Shown: positions 1 to 10,762, counted from the stretch's first letter. The stretch is DNA of 64,000 nucleotides from an uncultured Clostridia bacterium (GCA_944375955.1 CALWBE010000052.1:138-64137); one strand, 5' to 3'. Translations and numbers: made by a program. Notes: generated by a model not told the origin, from the letters alone.

Positions 1-660
1 TTCGAAAAGGGAACCGAATCAAACAAGAGAGCTCAACAGGTTATAACTTATGTGCTTTCAAATACGTTAAAACTTCTGCATCCGTTTATGCCTTTCATTT
101 CAGAAGAAATATGGCAGACGCTTGGGATATCCGATAAACCAATTATTATTGCAGAATGGCCTGTGTATGATGAGAATTTTGACGGTGATTCGGAAGCATT
201 AGCGCTTGATAGAGTTATCGATGCAATTAAGGCTATTCGCTTGCGCAGAGCCGAAATGAACGTACCTCCGTCAAAAAAGGCAAAGTTAATTATTGATTCT
301 GATTATAAAGACAGCTTCAACGAATCGACATCGGTCTTCTTTGAACGTCTTGCTTATGCATCTGAGGTAACATATGAAGACGGATGCATTGACGAAACTG
401 CCGTAGCTATTGTTACTGACAGTGCCAAATTGTATATACCGATGGCTGAAATTGTTGATATAGAAAAGGAAAAGGCAAGACTTGAGAAAGAAAGAGCCAC
501 GGCACTTTCTGAGATAGAAAGAGTTAATAAGAAGCTTTCAAACGAGTCATTTGTCGAAAAAGCTCCTGCAGCTGTAATTGACGGTGAGCGCGTAAAGCTT
601 GCAAAATATACGGAAATGCTGCGAAATGTTGAAGAAATGATAGAGAAGCTTGCAAAATGA
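1..660 (+). CDS. valS: Valyl-tRNA synthetase, C-terminal part (5' end outside window)
   Basis: Frame is open from base 1. Contains LKLLHPFMPFISEEIW (anticodon-binding domain) and the C-terminal coiled coil KLSNESFVEKAPAAVI. Confidence 0.96.
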   Translation, partial: FEKGTESNKRAQQVITYVLSNTLKLLHPFMPFISEEIWQTLGISDKPIIIAEWPVYDENFDGDSEALALDRVIDAIKAIRLRRAEMNVPPSKKAKLIIDSDYKDSFNESTSVFFERLAYASEVTYEDGCIDETAVAIVTDSAKLYIPMAEIVDIEKEKARLEKERATALSEIERVNKKLSNESFVEKAPAAVIDGERVKLAKYTEMLRNVEEMIEKLAK

Positions 661-1295
661 ATATAAAACGATTGGTTCTCGGGCCGTTGTCAACTAACTG
701 CTATATACTTGAGGATACTGACGAAAGAACGTGTATAGTAATAGATCCGGCGGCAGAGGCAGAAAAAATATTGAAGGAAACTGTCGACCGCGGAATAAAA
801 ATTGAGAAAATCCTTTTGACCCACACTCATTTTGACCATTTCGGAGCATTGTCAGAGCTGCAGGAAAAAGCAGATGCTCAGGTGTGCGTAGGAAGATATG
901 ACAGAGCCGGACTTAATTTACCTGAATTGAATTTATCATCACTGAATTTCTTTTCGAGTAATTCATGTCTTGTATATAATAAGGATGTAAGAGAGTTATC
1001 TGATGGAGATGAGATAACGGCGGGGGATATCAGGCTGTTGGTTATTGAGACTCCTGGACATACCCCAGGAGGAGTATGCTTTATATCATATACGGAAAGT
1101 TGTATTTTTAGCGGAGATACGGTTTTTGCCGGAAGCATAGGAAGAACTGATTTCCCCGGTGGAAGTTATTCTGCAATAATTCAGTCAATGAATCGCGTGC
1201 TGTCATATGATGAAACTTATCAGATATTCCCGGGGCACGGCGCGTCTACTACGGTTGCACAGGAAAAAATCTGCAATCCGTATTTTATAAGATAG
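657..1295 (+). CDS. MBL-fold metallo-hydrolase (glyoxalase II-like)
   Basis: THTHFDH, TPGHTPG, FSGD and PGHG motifs. ATGA overlap with valS. Confidence 0.93.
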   Translation: MNIKRLVLGPLSTNCYILEDTDERTCIVIDPAAEAEKILKETVDRGIKIEKILLTHTHFDHFGALSELQEKADAQVCVGRYDRAGLNLPELNLSSLNFFSSNSCLVYNKDVRELSDGDEITAGDIRLLVIETPGHTPGGVCFISYTESCIFSGDTVFAGSIGRTDFPGGSYSAIIQSMNRVLSYDETYQIFPGHGASTTVAQEKICNPYFIR

Positions 1296-1306
1296 GAGTC
1301 TTTTCA

Positions 1307-1684
1307 GTGCATGTGGAAAAGAAACTTTTCCGAAATGACATTATACTTTTTGCTGCCGTAGTTTTTGTATCTTTGCTTGTTTATTTTGCTTTTTCGTTTA
1401 ACTCAGATAGTGAGAAAAATATAGTAGAAGTACAATATTACGGTAAAATTATTGCTGAAATATCTCTTTTGCAAGACGGCGAATACCGAATAAATGAAAG
1501 CGGATATACAGTCGAGGTAAAGAATGGTAAAATGACGGTTTCTTATACTGACTGTAAAGATAAAGTATGCACCGGAATGCTTATTGATGAAAACGGCGGC
1601 GAGATCATATGTGTTCCAAATAAAATAGTTATACGAAGAGAAACACAATCTTCAAATCATAATGCTGATGTTTCGGCAGGATAG
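1307..1684 (+). CDS. NusG domain II-containing membrane-anchored protein
   Basis: N-terminal TM helix, DCKDKVC and IICVPNKIVI motifs; GGAG RBS before a GTG start. Confidence 0.88.
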   Translation: MHVEKKLFRNDIILFAAVVFVSLLVYFAFSFNSDSEKNIVEVQYYGKIIAEISLLQDGEYRINESGYTVEVKNGKMTVSYTDCKDKVCTGMLIDENGGEIICVPNKIVIRRETQSSNHNADVSAG

Positions 1685-1751
1685 CTGACCGGATTATATA
1701 GCTTTTATACTGATATAAAAATTAATAGTAGATTTTCAGGAGGGAAGCTGC

Positions 1752-2282
1752 ATGAAAACGGGAAAAATTACTTTTACCGCATTGCTTCTCTCCCTTTCTT
1801 TTTCTCTTTCTTTAATTGAATCTTTCATACCTGTTTCAGCTTTTATACCTGTTCCCGGATTGAAGCTGGGATTTGCAAATATTGCTGTTATGGCAGCTCT
1901 TTTTTTGTGCGGAAGATTTTCTGCATTATGCATAGTTGTTTTGAGACCAGTTTTAAACTTGATAATGTTTGGAAATATAACAAGTTTTATTTTATCTTTG
2001 TCCGGGGGAATACTGTCATATGCAGTTTTGGTTATTTCCGTAAAAATGTACGGCAAAGTATTTTCATTTGGAGGCATATCAATTATTTGTGCTGTTTTTC
2101 ACAGTATAGGTCAAGTCGCGGCGGCTGCATTTGTCGTTTCTGATACTGTCGTATTTGGATATTTGCCGCTTTTGTGCGCAGCTTCATCTGCGACAGGACT
2201 TTTAAACGGATTTATAATGAACTGTATTATTGAAAGAATAACAATTCTCGGAGGATCAAAAAATGCGTATCATGCAAAATAA
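1752..2282 (+). CDS. Gx transporter family protein (often annotated heptaprenyl diphosphate synthase component I)
   Basis: IESFIP...PGLKLGFANI and HSIGQ motifs; hydrophobic throughout; usual partner of NusG domain II proteins. Confidence 0.88.
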   Translation: MKTGKITFTALLLSLSFSLSLIESFIPVSAFIPVPGLKLGFANIAVMAALFLCGRFSALCIVVLRPVLNLIMFGNITSFILSLSGGILSYAVLVISVKMYGKVFSFGGISIICAVFHSIGQVAAAAFVVSDTVVFGYLPLLCAASSATGLLNGFIMNCIIERITILGGSKNAYHAK

Positions 2283-3318
2283 GATCGCAGTCACTTTTAT
2301 TTTACTGTCGATGCTTTCTTTGTACTCATGCACTAAGAAAGAAAGTTATAATAGAATAGACTTTTTTGCAATGAATACATATGTTTCTGTTTCTGCGGAC
2401 GGCGCTGATGATGAACTATTAAAAGAAATAAGGCAAGAAGTGTTGGAAACAGAAAAACAGCTTTCAGCTGAGTATGAAGGATCAGATATTTCTTTGCTGC
2501 CTGACAGTACAAGCAAAACTTATAAAAGCACAATAGAACTTTTAAAGCGTGCTTATGAGATTTCGGACTCAACATCAGGCGCCTTTGACTTTACGCTCGG
2601 GACAATTATAGACTTGTGGGACATAAACGGTCCTTCTCCATCGGTACCGTCGGAAGACGACATAAAAGAGGCGCTGTCTCACTGCGGATACAAAAAAGTA
2701 AAAATCGAAAATGATTTTTTTGTAAAAGAAGATCCTGAACTTTCGGTTAATTTGGGTGCCATAGCAAAGGGATACGCGGGACAGCAGATAATTGATAGGA
2801 TAAGGAATAGCGGAATAAAGAATGCTGCGGTATCAATAGGAGGAAATGTAACAGTATGCGGCAGTTCTGAAAATAATAAAAATCAAGGTATATACGGCTG
2901 GACTGTTGCAATAAACGATCCGTTTGATACTTCAGATATTTTGGGAACTTTAGTTATTTCTGACAAAACAGTTTCAGTATCTGGAAGCTATGAACGATAT
3001 TTTGAAGAAAACGGTGTAAGATATCATCATATATTTGATATTTCTACAGGTTATCCGGCAAGTTCGGGACTTGTTTCTGTTGCTGTAATTGCTGATGACG
3101 GAACTCTTGCCGATGCGCTTTCAACAGCTCTTTTTGTTATGGGATATGAAAAGGCAATAGAATTTTATAATAGCGGAGAATATGAATTTGAAGCTGTTTT
3201 TTGCAATGAAGAAGGTGAGGTATATCTTACTGAAGGTATTCTTTCAGATTTTACCCCTAATTATGATGCAGGAGACGGCAGTTTGCGCTTTCCACAAATT
3301 GAGAAAGAGTTACAGTAA
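2263..3318 (+). CDS. apbE: FAD:protein FMN transferase (ApbE family lipoprotein)
   Basis: Lipobox LYSC, FFAMNT, LGAIAKGY, SGSYERYF, YHHIFD and ADALSTALF motifs. Confidence 0.95.
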   Translation: MRIMQNKIAVTFILLSMLSLYSCTKKESYNRIDFFAMNTYVSVSADGADDELLKEIRQEVLETEKQLSAEYEGSDISLLPDSTSKTYKSTIELLKRAYEISDSTSGAFDFTLGTIIDLWDINGPSPSVPSEDDIKEALSHCGYKKVKIENDFFVKEDPELSVNLGAIAKGYAGQQIIDRIRNSGIKNAAVSIGGNVTVCGSSENNKNQGIYGWTVAINDPFDTSDILGTLVISDKTVSVSGSYERYFEENGVRYHHIFDISTGYPASSGLVSVAVIADDGTLADALSTALFVMGYEKAIEFYNSGEYEFEAVFCNEEGEVYLTEGILSDFTPNYDAGDGSLRFPQIEKELQ

Positions 3319-3398
3319 AATACTTGATTAATTTGTTTTAAATATAGATATGTTTTTTCAATGAGTTAATTTTAGAAATTAAAATAATTTTAAAGTAA

Positions 3399-3433
3399 AA
3401 AATGACATCTCCTTTTTCGGTAGATGTCATTTT
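3399..3433. terminator. Bidirectional intrinsic terminator between apbE and polC
   Basis: Inverted repeat AAAATGACATCT ... AGATGTCATTTT between convergent genes. Confidence 0.8.
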
Positions 3434-3464
3434 GTTTTATAAAATAAAAAACAGGATGATGTTA

Positions 3465-6400
3465 TTAAAAAAGAGTCATTTGATTTGTTTCCGGGAGAGA
3501 ATCAAGCACATGATTTCTTGAAAGTATTTCAATAACAGCTTTTGTAATACCGCCTTTTTGACGAAGCTCTTCCTGAGATATAATATTGTTTTCCCTCATT
3601 GTTTTTTCGAGGTTGAGAGCGGCAGTTTCGCCAAGTCCCGGAAGAGAGGAAAAAGGCATGCGTATAGCGCCGTCTTCCGGAAGAAAAGAATATGCAGTAG
3701 ATTTCATAAGATCTACAGGAAGAAATTTTATTTTTCTTGCCAGCGCTTCATTAACAAGCTGCATTGTGGATAATGTTTCATTGTCTTTTTGTTTTGCCGC
3801 TGTTCCCAGGTCTTCTATTGATTTTATAGTACGTTCTACTTCAGTTTTGCCTTTGCTGACGATTTCAGCGTCGAATCCGCCGGGAGCAACAGACAGAAAT
3901 GCGGCATAAAATTCTAGAGGCATATGAACTTTATACCAACCCAAGCGAAGTGCCGAGATAACATAAGCTGCAGCATGTGCTTTAGGAAACATATATTTAA
4001 TTTTTTTGCACGAGTTTATATACCATTCCGGAATTCCCTGAGCAACCATTGCTTGCTCATATTCAGGTTTGAGTCCTCTTCCTTTGCGTACGTCTTCCAT
4101 TATTTTAAAAGATAAGCTTTTGTCAAGACCGTGATAAATCAGATAGACCATTATGTTGTCACGAGTCCCGATAACTTCAGAAATATCACATATACCTTCT
4201 TTAATAAGATCCTGAGCATTTCCTAACCAAACGTCTGTACCGTGTGAAAGACCTGAAATTTGAAGAAGATCGGAAAATGTTTTAGGCTTTGAATCTACTA
4301 TCATTTGCCTTACGAATTTTGTTCCGAATTCAGGAAGTCCAAATGTGCCAACCGGACTTCCTATATCTTCAGGTTCTACGCCCAAGGATTTTGTAGATGC
4401 AAAAAGTTCCATAACTCCTTCATCAGATAGAGGAGTATCAAGGATATTTTTTCCTGTATATTTCTCTATCATGTGGTATTTTGTAGGAACATCGTGCCCG
4501 AGCATGTCGAGTTTTAATATAGTATCATGCAGATATTCAAACGCAAAATGTGTTGTAATGATGTTTGAATTAGGGTCATCTGCCGGATGCTGTACCGGGG
4601 TAAAGTCATATACCTGATATTGCTTGGGAATAACTATAATTCCGCCCGGATGCTGTCCGGTAGTGCGCTTTACTCCCTCACAGCCTTGAGAAAGGCGGGT
4701 TTCTTCAGCTTTATTGAGAATGATACCGTGTTCTTCTGTGTATTTTTTTACATATCCGTATGCCGTTTTTTCAGCAAGAGTTCCGATAGTTCCTGCCCTG
4801 AAAACGTTTTCAGCTCCGAAAAGAGTTTCGGTATATTTGTGACATTCGCCTTGTACGTCTCCTGAAAAATTCAAGTCAATATCCGGAGATTTATCACCGT
4901 TAAATCCGAGAAAAGTTTCAAAAGGAATATCATGACCGTCATGAATCATTTTTTTAGCGCCGCATTTAGGACAGTCTTTGTCAGGCAAATCAAATCCGGA
5001 ACCTATAGAACCGTCGGTTATAAACTCGGAATATTTGCATTTCTCACAACGGTAATGAGGAGGAAGAGGATTAACTTCGGTAATTCCAGCCATTGTAGCG
5101 ACAAATGAAGATCCGACAGACCCTCGGGATCCGACGAGATATCCTTTATCCTCACTGTATTTTACAAGGCGTCGCGCAATTATGTAAAGAACTGCAAAAC
5201 CGTTTTTTATAATTGATGAAAGTTCTTTTTCAAGTCTTGTCTGAACAAGTTCAGGCAACGGATCCCCATACCATTCATGAGCAAGCTCATAGCAGAAATT
5301 AGTAAGTTCTTCTTCTGTTCCTTCCATTGACGGAGGGTAGTTTCCGTCTGGAATAGGCAGAATTTCTTCGGTCATATCAGCAATTTTACGAGTATTAGTT
5401 ACTACTGCCTCATATGCTGTTTCAGGGTCAAGATAATCAAATTCTGCAAGCATTTCTTCGGTTGTGCGCATATAAAGCGGAATATGCCTGTCAGCATCTG
5501 AAAATTTTTGACCGTAAAGAAGTATTTTACGGTATATTTCGTCTTCTGGATTTTGAAAATGCACGTCTCCAGTGGCGACAAACGGTTTATTTAGTTCCTT
5601 TGCAAGTTTAATTATTTGCTTGTTTATATCAATAAGAGCATTTTTGTCAGCAACTTGTCCCGAATCAATTAAAAATTGATTATTGCCTAAAGGCTGTATT
5701 TCAAGATAGTCGTAGAAATCGGCTATTTCTTTTAAATCACTCCAAGGTCTGTGTTCAAGAATGGCGCGATAAAGTTCGCCAGATTCACATGCCGATCCGA
5801 TTATAAGTCCTTCGCGGTATTGTGATAGTAGATTTTTCGGAATGCGCGGCGTTCTGTGATAATATTTAAGATATGATTCCGAAACAAGCTTATATAAATT
5901 TTTAAGTCCGATAAGATTCTTAACAAGAATTATCTGATGGTAACTTTTCAACTTTTTAGGATCGGAATTTTGACTCATTGAATGACTCAGCTGATCGGTA
6001 TTTATTATGCCTTCCGATTTTAATTTTTCACCCATTGCCTTAAATATAAGAGCAAGCATATGAGCGTCTTCAAAGGCGCGGTGATGGTCAAAATCACCAA
6101 GTTTAAAATATTCAGCTAGAGTATCAAGTTTGTGATTTTTAAGTTCCGGGTTAACTCTTCTTGACATTGATACTGTATCAATGAAAGTAGGATTAAAATA
6201 AATTGAACATTTTTCAGCCGCTGCACGTATAAAACTTATGTCAAACGATGCATTATGAGCAACGAGCGTGTCATTAGAAACAAACTTAAGAAATTCAGGC
6301 AGCACTTTGTCGATAGTGTCTGCGTCTTTTACCATATCATCAGTAATTCCAGTCAGTTTTACTATCTCATCTGGAATGGGTACTCCTGGATTAACAAAAC

Positions 6401-7934
6401 GTGAAAATTTTTCAGTGACCTGACTTTTTACAAATCTAACGGCGCCTATCTCAGTTATCTGGCACGTTTGAGGGGAAAGTCCGGTAGTTTCTATATCAAA
6501 TACAACAAAGCTGTCTTGTGTAAAATTTACTGTCTGATCGCCGTATATAGCTCTTGCGGTATCATCTACAAAGTAAGCTTCAAGCCCGTATATTACCTTT
6601 ATTCCGCCTGCTTTACGAGCCGCCTTCATTATTTGAGGGAAAGCCTGTAGATTCCCGTGATCGGTAACAGCTATTGCATCTTGTCCCCATTCTTTTGCCT
6701 GTTTAATCACATCAGCCGGATCAATTGTTGCATCCATTTGCGACATTTTTGTATGTAAATGGAGTTCGACTCTTTTATTTTCAGCATTGTCACGGCGTTT
6801 TAATATTTTTATTTTGGCAGCCGCAAGAGGCTTAAAAGCCAAAGTGCCGTCATATCTGTCAGCTGCTGTCTGACCGTACATAATAACAAAAGGAGAGTCT
6901 GCTAAAGGTGCATATTTGTCATCTTCCGAAGTGTTGTAAAGAAATTTTGCCGTTATAGACGAGTCGTTATCGGTTATATAGAAAGAACATATATATTTAT
7001 CGCCTGATCTTGTAAGGCGTTTATCAAAACCGAATATTTTACCGCATACGGTAAAATTCTTTATATCGAAGTTTACATTGCGTATCGGCATAATTTCAAA
7101 TTCCGGAAGTTTGCCGAAAAGAAGTTCGGGATCGGATATATCGAATTTCATATTTCCTGAAACGGCAATATTGTTTTCATGATCAATATAAGCGGATGTA
7201 TCATTAGAAAAAATTGAGTTTTGAGTATAAACAGGATCCGGAGCAGAACTGCGTCTGTATTTAGCCCCGAAATTTCCGTTAGGTTCATTGTATTCTTTTA
7301 AGACCGGTGCATTTTCTAAGAATATGTTTTTGTTGATCTCGGGCGGAGGTATCAATTCCTCAAGCTCTGAAATGGACAACTCGCATTTTCCTCCGAAAGT
7401 TATTGTTCTTGATATTCCAAACCAGTCGCGTATAATGTTTGAAAGCTCAATATCGCAGCCTGATATTTGAAGGAGTGATTTACCACCGTTATGAAGCTGT
7501 ATATCTATAAAATTGCCAGGCTGTTCGCGAAGGTTTGCAACAAGTTCGTTGTTTTTAGTAACAAGATTGCTTTCTTTATCATATTTTACGACACGAAGGC
7601 TTTCGCTTATTTCTGCATTGTCAAAAAAGCCGTATCCCAATGGAGTGCGTCGCTTTAACTCACAAAGTATATCGGGAAATAATGACAGTGAAAAACTTTC
7701 TGGGGGATAGTGAGGGATAAGTTTCATATAACTCAGTTCATAAGCGGATTTTATCCCATTTTCTATATCTGTAAGTATGTCAAAATTTATGTAATCCGAC
7801 GCTGATATTTCACATATTATGCGTCTTGCTTCCTTGTCAAGCTTTATTTTATAATCTGTTATTCTTGAGCAAGCGTTTTTTTCAAGATATTCCGGCGAAT
7901 ATTTTTCGAATTTTTCAAGAAACTTTTTATACAT
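3465..7934 (-). CDS. polC: DNA polymerase III PolC-type alpha subunit
   Basis: RVELHLHTKMS PHP domain, embedded exonuclease (VFDIETTG), GSRGSVGSS, PDIDLNFS and YMFPKAHAAAY. Confidence 0.98.
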   Translation of the reverse strand: MYKKFLEKFEKYSPEYLEKNACSRITDYKIKLDKEARRIICEISASDYINFDILTDIENGIKSAYELSYMKLIPHYPPESFSLSLFPDILCELKRRTPLGYGFFDNAEISESLRVVKYDKESNLVTKNNELVANLREQPGNFIDIQLHNGGKSLLQISGCDIELSNIIRDWFGISRTITFGGKCELSISELEELIPPPEINKNIFLENAPVLKEYNEPNGNFGAKYRRSSAPDPVYTQNSIFSNDTSAYIDHENNIAVSGNMKFDISDPELLFGKLPEFEIMPIRNVNFDIKNFTVCGKIFGFDKRLTRSGDKYICSFYITDNDSSITAKFLYNTSEDDKYAPLADSPFVIMYGQTAADRYDGTLAFKPLAAAKIKILKRRDNAENKRVELHLHTKMSQMDATIDPADVIKQAKEWGQDAIAVTDHGNLQAFPQIMKAARKAGGIKVIYGLEAYFVDDTARAIYGDQTVNFTQDSFVVFDIETTGLSPQTCQITEIGAVRFVKSQVTEKFSRFVNPGVPIPDEIVKLTGITDDMVKDADTIDKVLPEFLKFVSNDTLVAHNASFDISFIRAAAEKCSIYFNPTFIDTVSMSRRVNPELKNHKLDTLAEYFKLGDFDHHRAFEDAHMLALIFKAMGEKLKSEGIINTDQLSHSMSQNSDPKKLKSYHQIILVKNLIGLKNLYKLVSESYLKYYHRTPRIPKNLLSQYREGLIIGSACESGELYRAILEHRPWSDLKEIADFYDYLEIQPLGNNQFLIDSGQVADKNALIDINKQIIKLAKELNKPFVATGDVHFQNPEDEIYRKILLYGQKFSDADRHIPLYMRTTEEMLAEFDYLDPETAYEAVVTNTRKIADMTEEILPIPDGNYPPSMEGTEEELTNFCYELAHEWYGDPLPELVQTRLEKELSSIIKNGFAVLYIIARRLVKYSEDKGYLVGSRGSVGSSFVATMAGITEVNPLPPHYRCEKCKYSEFITDGSIGSGFDLPDKDCPKCGAKKMIHDGHDIPFETFLGFNGDKSPDIDLNFSGDVQGECHKYTETLFGAENVFRAGTIGTLAEKTAYGYVKKYTEEHGIILNKAEETRLSQGCEGVKRTTGQHPGGIIVIPKQYQVYDFTPVQHPADDPNSNIITTHFAFEYLHDTILKLDMLGHDVPTKYHMIEKYTGKNILDTPLSDEGVMELFASTKSLGVEPEDIGSPVGTFGLPEFGTKFVRQMIVDSKPKTFSDLLQISGLSHGTDVWLGNAQDLIKEGICDISEVIGTRDNIMVYLIYHGLDKSLSFKIMEDVRKGRGLKPEYEQAMVAQGIPEWYINSCKKIKYMFPKAHAAAYVISALRLGWYKVHMPLEFYAAFLSVAPGGFDAEIVSKGKTEVERTIKSIEDLGTAAKQKDNETLSTMQLVNEALARKIKFLPVDLMKSTAYSFLPEDGAIRMPFSSLPGLGETAALNLEKTMRENNIISQEELRQKGGITKAVIEILSRNHVLDSLPETNQMTLF

Positions 7935-7942
7935 TTTGCACC

Positions 7943-8992
7943 TTACATTTTTTCAATTTCGCTCATTAAAATATCTACGATTTTGCTTTCCGGTATTTTA
8001 CCTGTAATTTTTCCTTTCTTAAACAGTAAAGCATCTCCGTTTCCGCCTGCGACACCTATGTCTGCGTCTTTTGCTTCGCCGGGACCGTTTACAGCACAGC
8101 CCATTACGGCGACTTTTATGTTTTTATTACTGTTTTTTAGCAGATCGTTCAGCTTTCGCGATATTCCTATAACGTCTATATTTGTTCTTGCACAGGTAGG
8201 GCATGAAATAATATCAATTCCGCCTTTAAGTCCCAAACTTTTTAATATGTCTTTTGCTGCCGAAACTTCCTTCTCTGACTCATCAGTAAGCGAGACTCTA
8301 ATAGTATCTCCAATGCCGTCAATCAGCATTGCACCGATACCTGCGGAGGATTTTATTATTCCGATTTGTCCGGTACCTGCTTCGGTAACTCCTAAATGAA
8401 GCGGATATTCTGTTTCCGAAGCGAAGATTCGGTTTGCATTAACTGTGTCGGCTACCGAGGATGATTTTATAGAGACGACTATATCATAGAAATCAAATTT
8501 TTCAAGCAGATGCACATGATACATTGCGCTTTCAAACAAAGCTTCAGGGCATGGCGAACCGTATTTTTCAAGAATATGTTTTTCCAGTGAGCCTCCGTTT
8601 ACTCCTATCCTTATCGGTATATGTCTTTTGCGGCATTCATCGGCAACGGCTTTGATACGTTCATCGCTGCCAATATTTCCGGGATTTATACGTATTTTAT
8701 CAATTCCGTTTTGAGCGGCGGCAATAGCAAGACGATAGTTAAAATGAATATCGGCGACAAGAGGAATGTTTGTATTTTCTTTAAAATATGATATGTTTTT
8801 TGCCGACTCTTCATCAGGAACTGAAAAACGGACTATATCGCAGCCAGCTTTTTCAAGTGATAATATTTGTTCAAGAGTTTTGTCTTTATCGGAAGTCTTT
8901 GTAAAAGTCATAGACTGAACAGCGATAGGATTATTGCCTCCGATTTTGACAGAACCGATTTTTATTTCTTTAGATTTTCTTCTTTTGTACAT
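7943..8992 (-). CDS. ispG: (E)-4-hydroxy-3-methylbut-2-enyl-diphosphate synthase
   Basis: VQSMT, LVADIHF, RINPGNIG, SCPTCART and MGCAVNGPGEA. Confidence 0.97.
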   Translation of the reverse strand: MYKRRKSKEIKIGSVKIGGNNPIAVQSMTFTKTSDKDKTLEQILSLEKAGCDIVRFSVPDEESAKNISYFKENTNIPLVADIHFNYRLAIAAAQNGIDKIRINPGNIGSDERIKAVADECRKRHIPIRIGVNGGSLEKHILEKYGSPCPEALFESAMYHVHLLEKFDFYDIVVSIKSSSVADTVNANRIFASETEYPLHLGVTEAGTGQIGIIKSSAGIGAMLIDGIGDTIRVSLTDESEKEVSAAKDILKSLGLKGGIDIISCPTCARTNIDVIGISRKLNDLLKNSNKNIKVAVMGCAVNGPGEAKDADIGVAGGNGDALLFKKGKITGKIPESKIVDILMSEIEKM

Positions 8993-9055
8993 TTTCTGCT
9001 CCTAACAGTAACAGATTTTGATAATGAAACATTATTGTAAATAAACCAGAAAAAT

Positions 9056-9622
9056 TTATTTGTTTACATAAGATAGTTTTCCGAGCATAACTGCCGCGCG
9101 CATAATTGCCGCCTGAGTTTTACCGTCGGGAATTTTCCCGTCAAGTACAAGCTGTACTGCGTCCGAAAGCGGAATTCGGAAAACTTCAAGAAATTCATCT
9201 TCGTCTTTGCAGGTTTCACCGAAGGAAAGCCCTGTCGCAAGATACATGTATATGCGTTCATCAAGAATTGCAGGAGAGCCGTAGTATTCACCGAGAAAGG
9301 TAATTTCTTTAGGAATTGCACCTGTTTCTTCAGCAAGCTCTCGAAGTGCGGCACTTTTAGGGTCTTCGCCCGGAAAATTAAGTTTTCCTGCCGGTATTTC
9401 TATTAATTCAAGTCCCGCGGCATATCTGTATTGACGTTCAAGTATAACATTATCATTTCCGTCAATAGGAATAACGCAAACAGCACCGACATGTTTTATA
9501 TATTCTCTTTCCGAGGTGTTTCCGTCAGGCAATAAGACTTTATCTTTATAAAGATGCAGTATATTTCCTTTGAATAAAGAATTCGATTCTATTGTTTTTT
9601 CTGTAAAATCTAAATTTCCCAT
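9056..9622 (-). CDS. NUDIX hydrolase, ADP-ribose pyrophosphatase (NudF-like)
   Basis: ERQYRY, EIPAGKL...ALRELAEETG Nudix box, DEDEFLEV and DGKT. Confidence 0.9.
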   Translation of the reverse strand: MGNLDFTEKTIESNSLFKGNILHLYKDKVLLPDGNTSEREYIKHVGAVCVIPIDGNDNVILERQYRYAAGLELIEIPAGKLNFPGEDPKSAALRELAEETGAIPKEITFLGEYYGSPAILDERIYMYLATGLSFGETCKDEDEFLEVFRIPLSDAVQLVLDGKIPDGKTQAAIMRAAVMLGKLSYVNK

Positions 9623-9641
9623 TTTGAAGTTCTCCGTTATT

Positions 9642-10682
9642 TTATAATAGCGATATTATATCTTTAAAAGTAATAAGAATAATAAATCCTAAAAGTATAA
9701 CAAATCCGAGAAGATTTATAAAACCTTCTGTTTTCCTGTTAAGAGGTCTGCCTATTATTGCTTCAAAAATTAAAAATAGGATTCTGCCTCCGTCAAGTGC
9801 CGGGAATGGCAGGAGATTAAAAACTCCTATATTTATTGTTATAAGGGAAATAAGAAAAAGAACCTGCAAAATACCGGCTTGTGCGGTTTTGTTTATTTCA
9901 GAAACAACGCCTACAGGTCCTGAAACCGCTTCTACAGAATATTTTCCGGTTATGAGGTCATACAGAGATAAAACCACCATTTTTACGGTTGATACTGTTT
10001 GACAAGCCGTATCTCCGATAACGGTCAAAACTGTTTTTTCTTTCTCACACGGGATAAAAAACGCCGGGTTACCATAAGTTATACCTGATTCAACAGTTGT
10101 CGGAAAAACAAAATTTTCAATTTTAATTGTTTCATTTCCTCTTTTTACAGTTAGTGTGCAAGGGGTATCCTGCATGCGCATAGCAGAAAACACATAGTCA
10201 TATCTGACAAATAATCTGCTGCCGTTTATTGAAATTATTTCATCTCCGACTTTCAGTCCTTGATATTCAGATACTATATTTTCATTCTCGTCAATAACAA
10301 GAAAGCTTTCTATTTTGTTTGAGTATAAATTTTTTGAAAATGACACGCATATAAGCATTATTATAAAACCCAGCAAAACATTCATAAAAGCGCCGGCGAA
10401 CAGAATTAGAAATCTCTGATATTTAGGTCTGTTGCATAGAGCATGAGGATCGTCAGAATGTTCATCTTCGCCTGCCATGCTCACAAAACCACCTATAGGG
10501 AGAGCTCTTAAAGAATAGCGGATACCACTTTTTGAGCGCTTAGAAACAAGTTCAGGACCCATACCTATAGAAAATTCATCTATTGTTACCCCAAAATGTC
10601 TTGCAGTGAGAAAATGGCCAAGCTCATGCACAAGTATTATAAGACCAAAAGCCAGAATAGCAAGTATAATAGACAATAGCAT
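9642..10682 (-). CDS. rseP: Site-2 intramembrane metalloprotease (M50) with PDZ domain
   Basis: HELGH and NLLPFPALDGG; conserved position after dxr. Confidence 0.94.
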   Translation of the reverse strand: MLLSIILAILAFGLIILVHELGHFLTARHFGVTIDEFSIGMGPELVSKRSKSGIRYSLRALPIGGFVSMAGEDEHSDDPHALCNRPKYQRFLILFAGAFMNVLLGFIIMLICVSFSKNLYSNKIESFLVIDENENIVSEYQGLKVGDEIISINGSRLFVRYDYVFSAMRMQDTPCTLTVKRGNETIKIENFVFPTTVESGITYGNPAFFIPCEKEKTVLTVIGDTACQTVSTVKMVVLSLYDLITGKYSVEAVSGPVGVVSEINKTAQAGILQVLFLISLITINIGVFNLLPFPALDGGRILFLIFEAIIGRPLNRKTEGFINLLGFVILLGFIILITFKDIISLL

Positions 10683-10762
10683 TAAATAAACCTCCGGGCA
10701 GAAAAATGTATTACTATCAATTTTATGCCGATTTTTAAGATTTTATATATCCTTTTATAAAA

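Noticed and set aside
3465-7934. Possible intein in the 1489-aa PolC
   Set aside because: The catalytic region is colinear with normal PolC and I saw no intein termini or LAGLIDADG motifs. The small excess length lies in the variable N-terminus.
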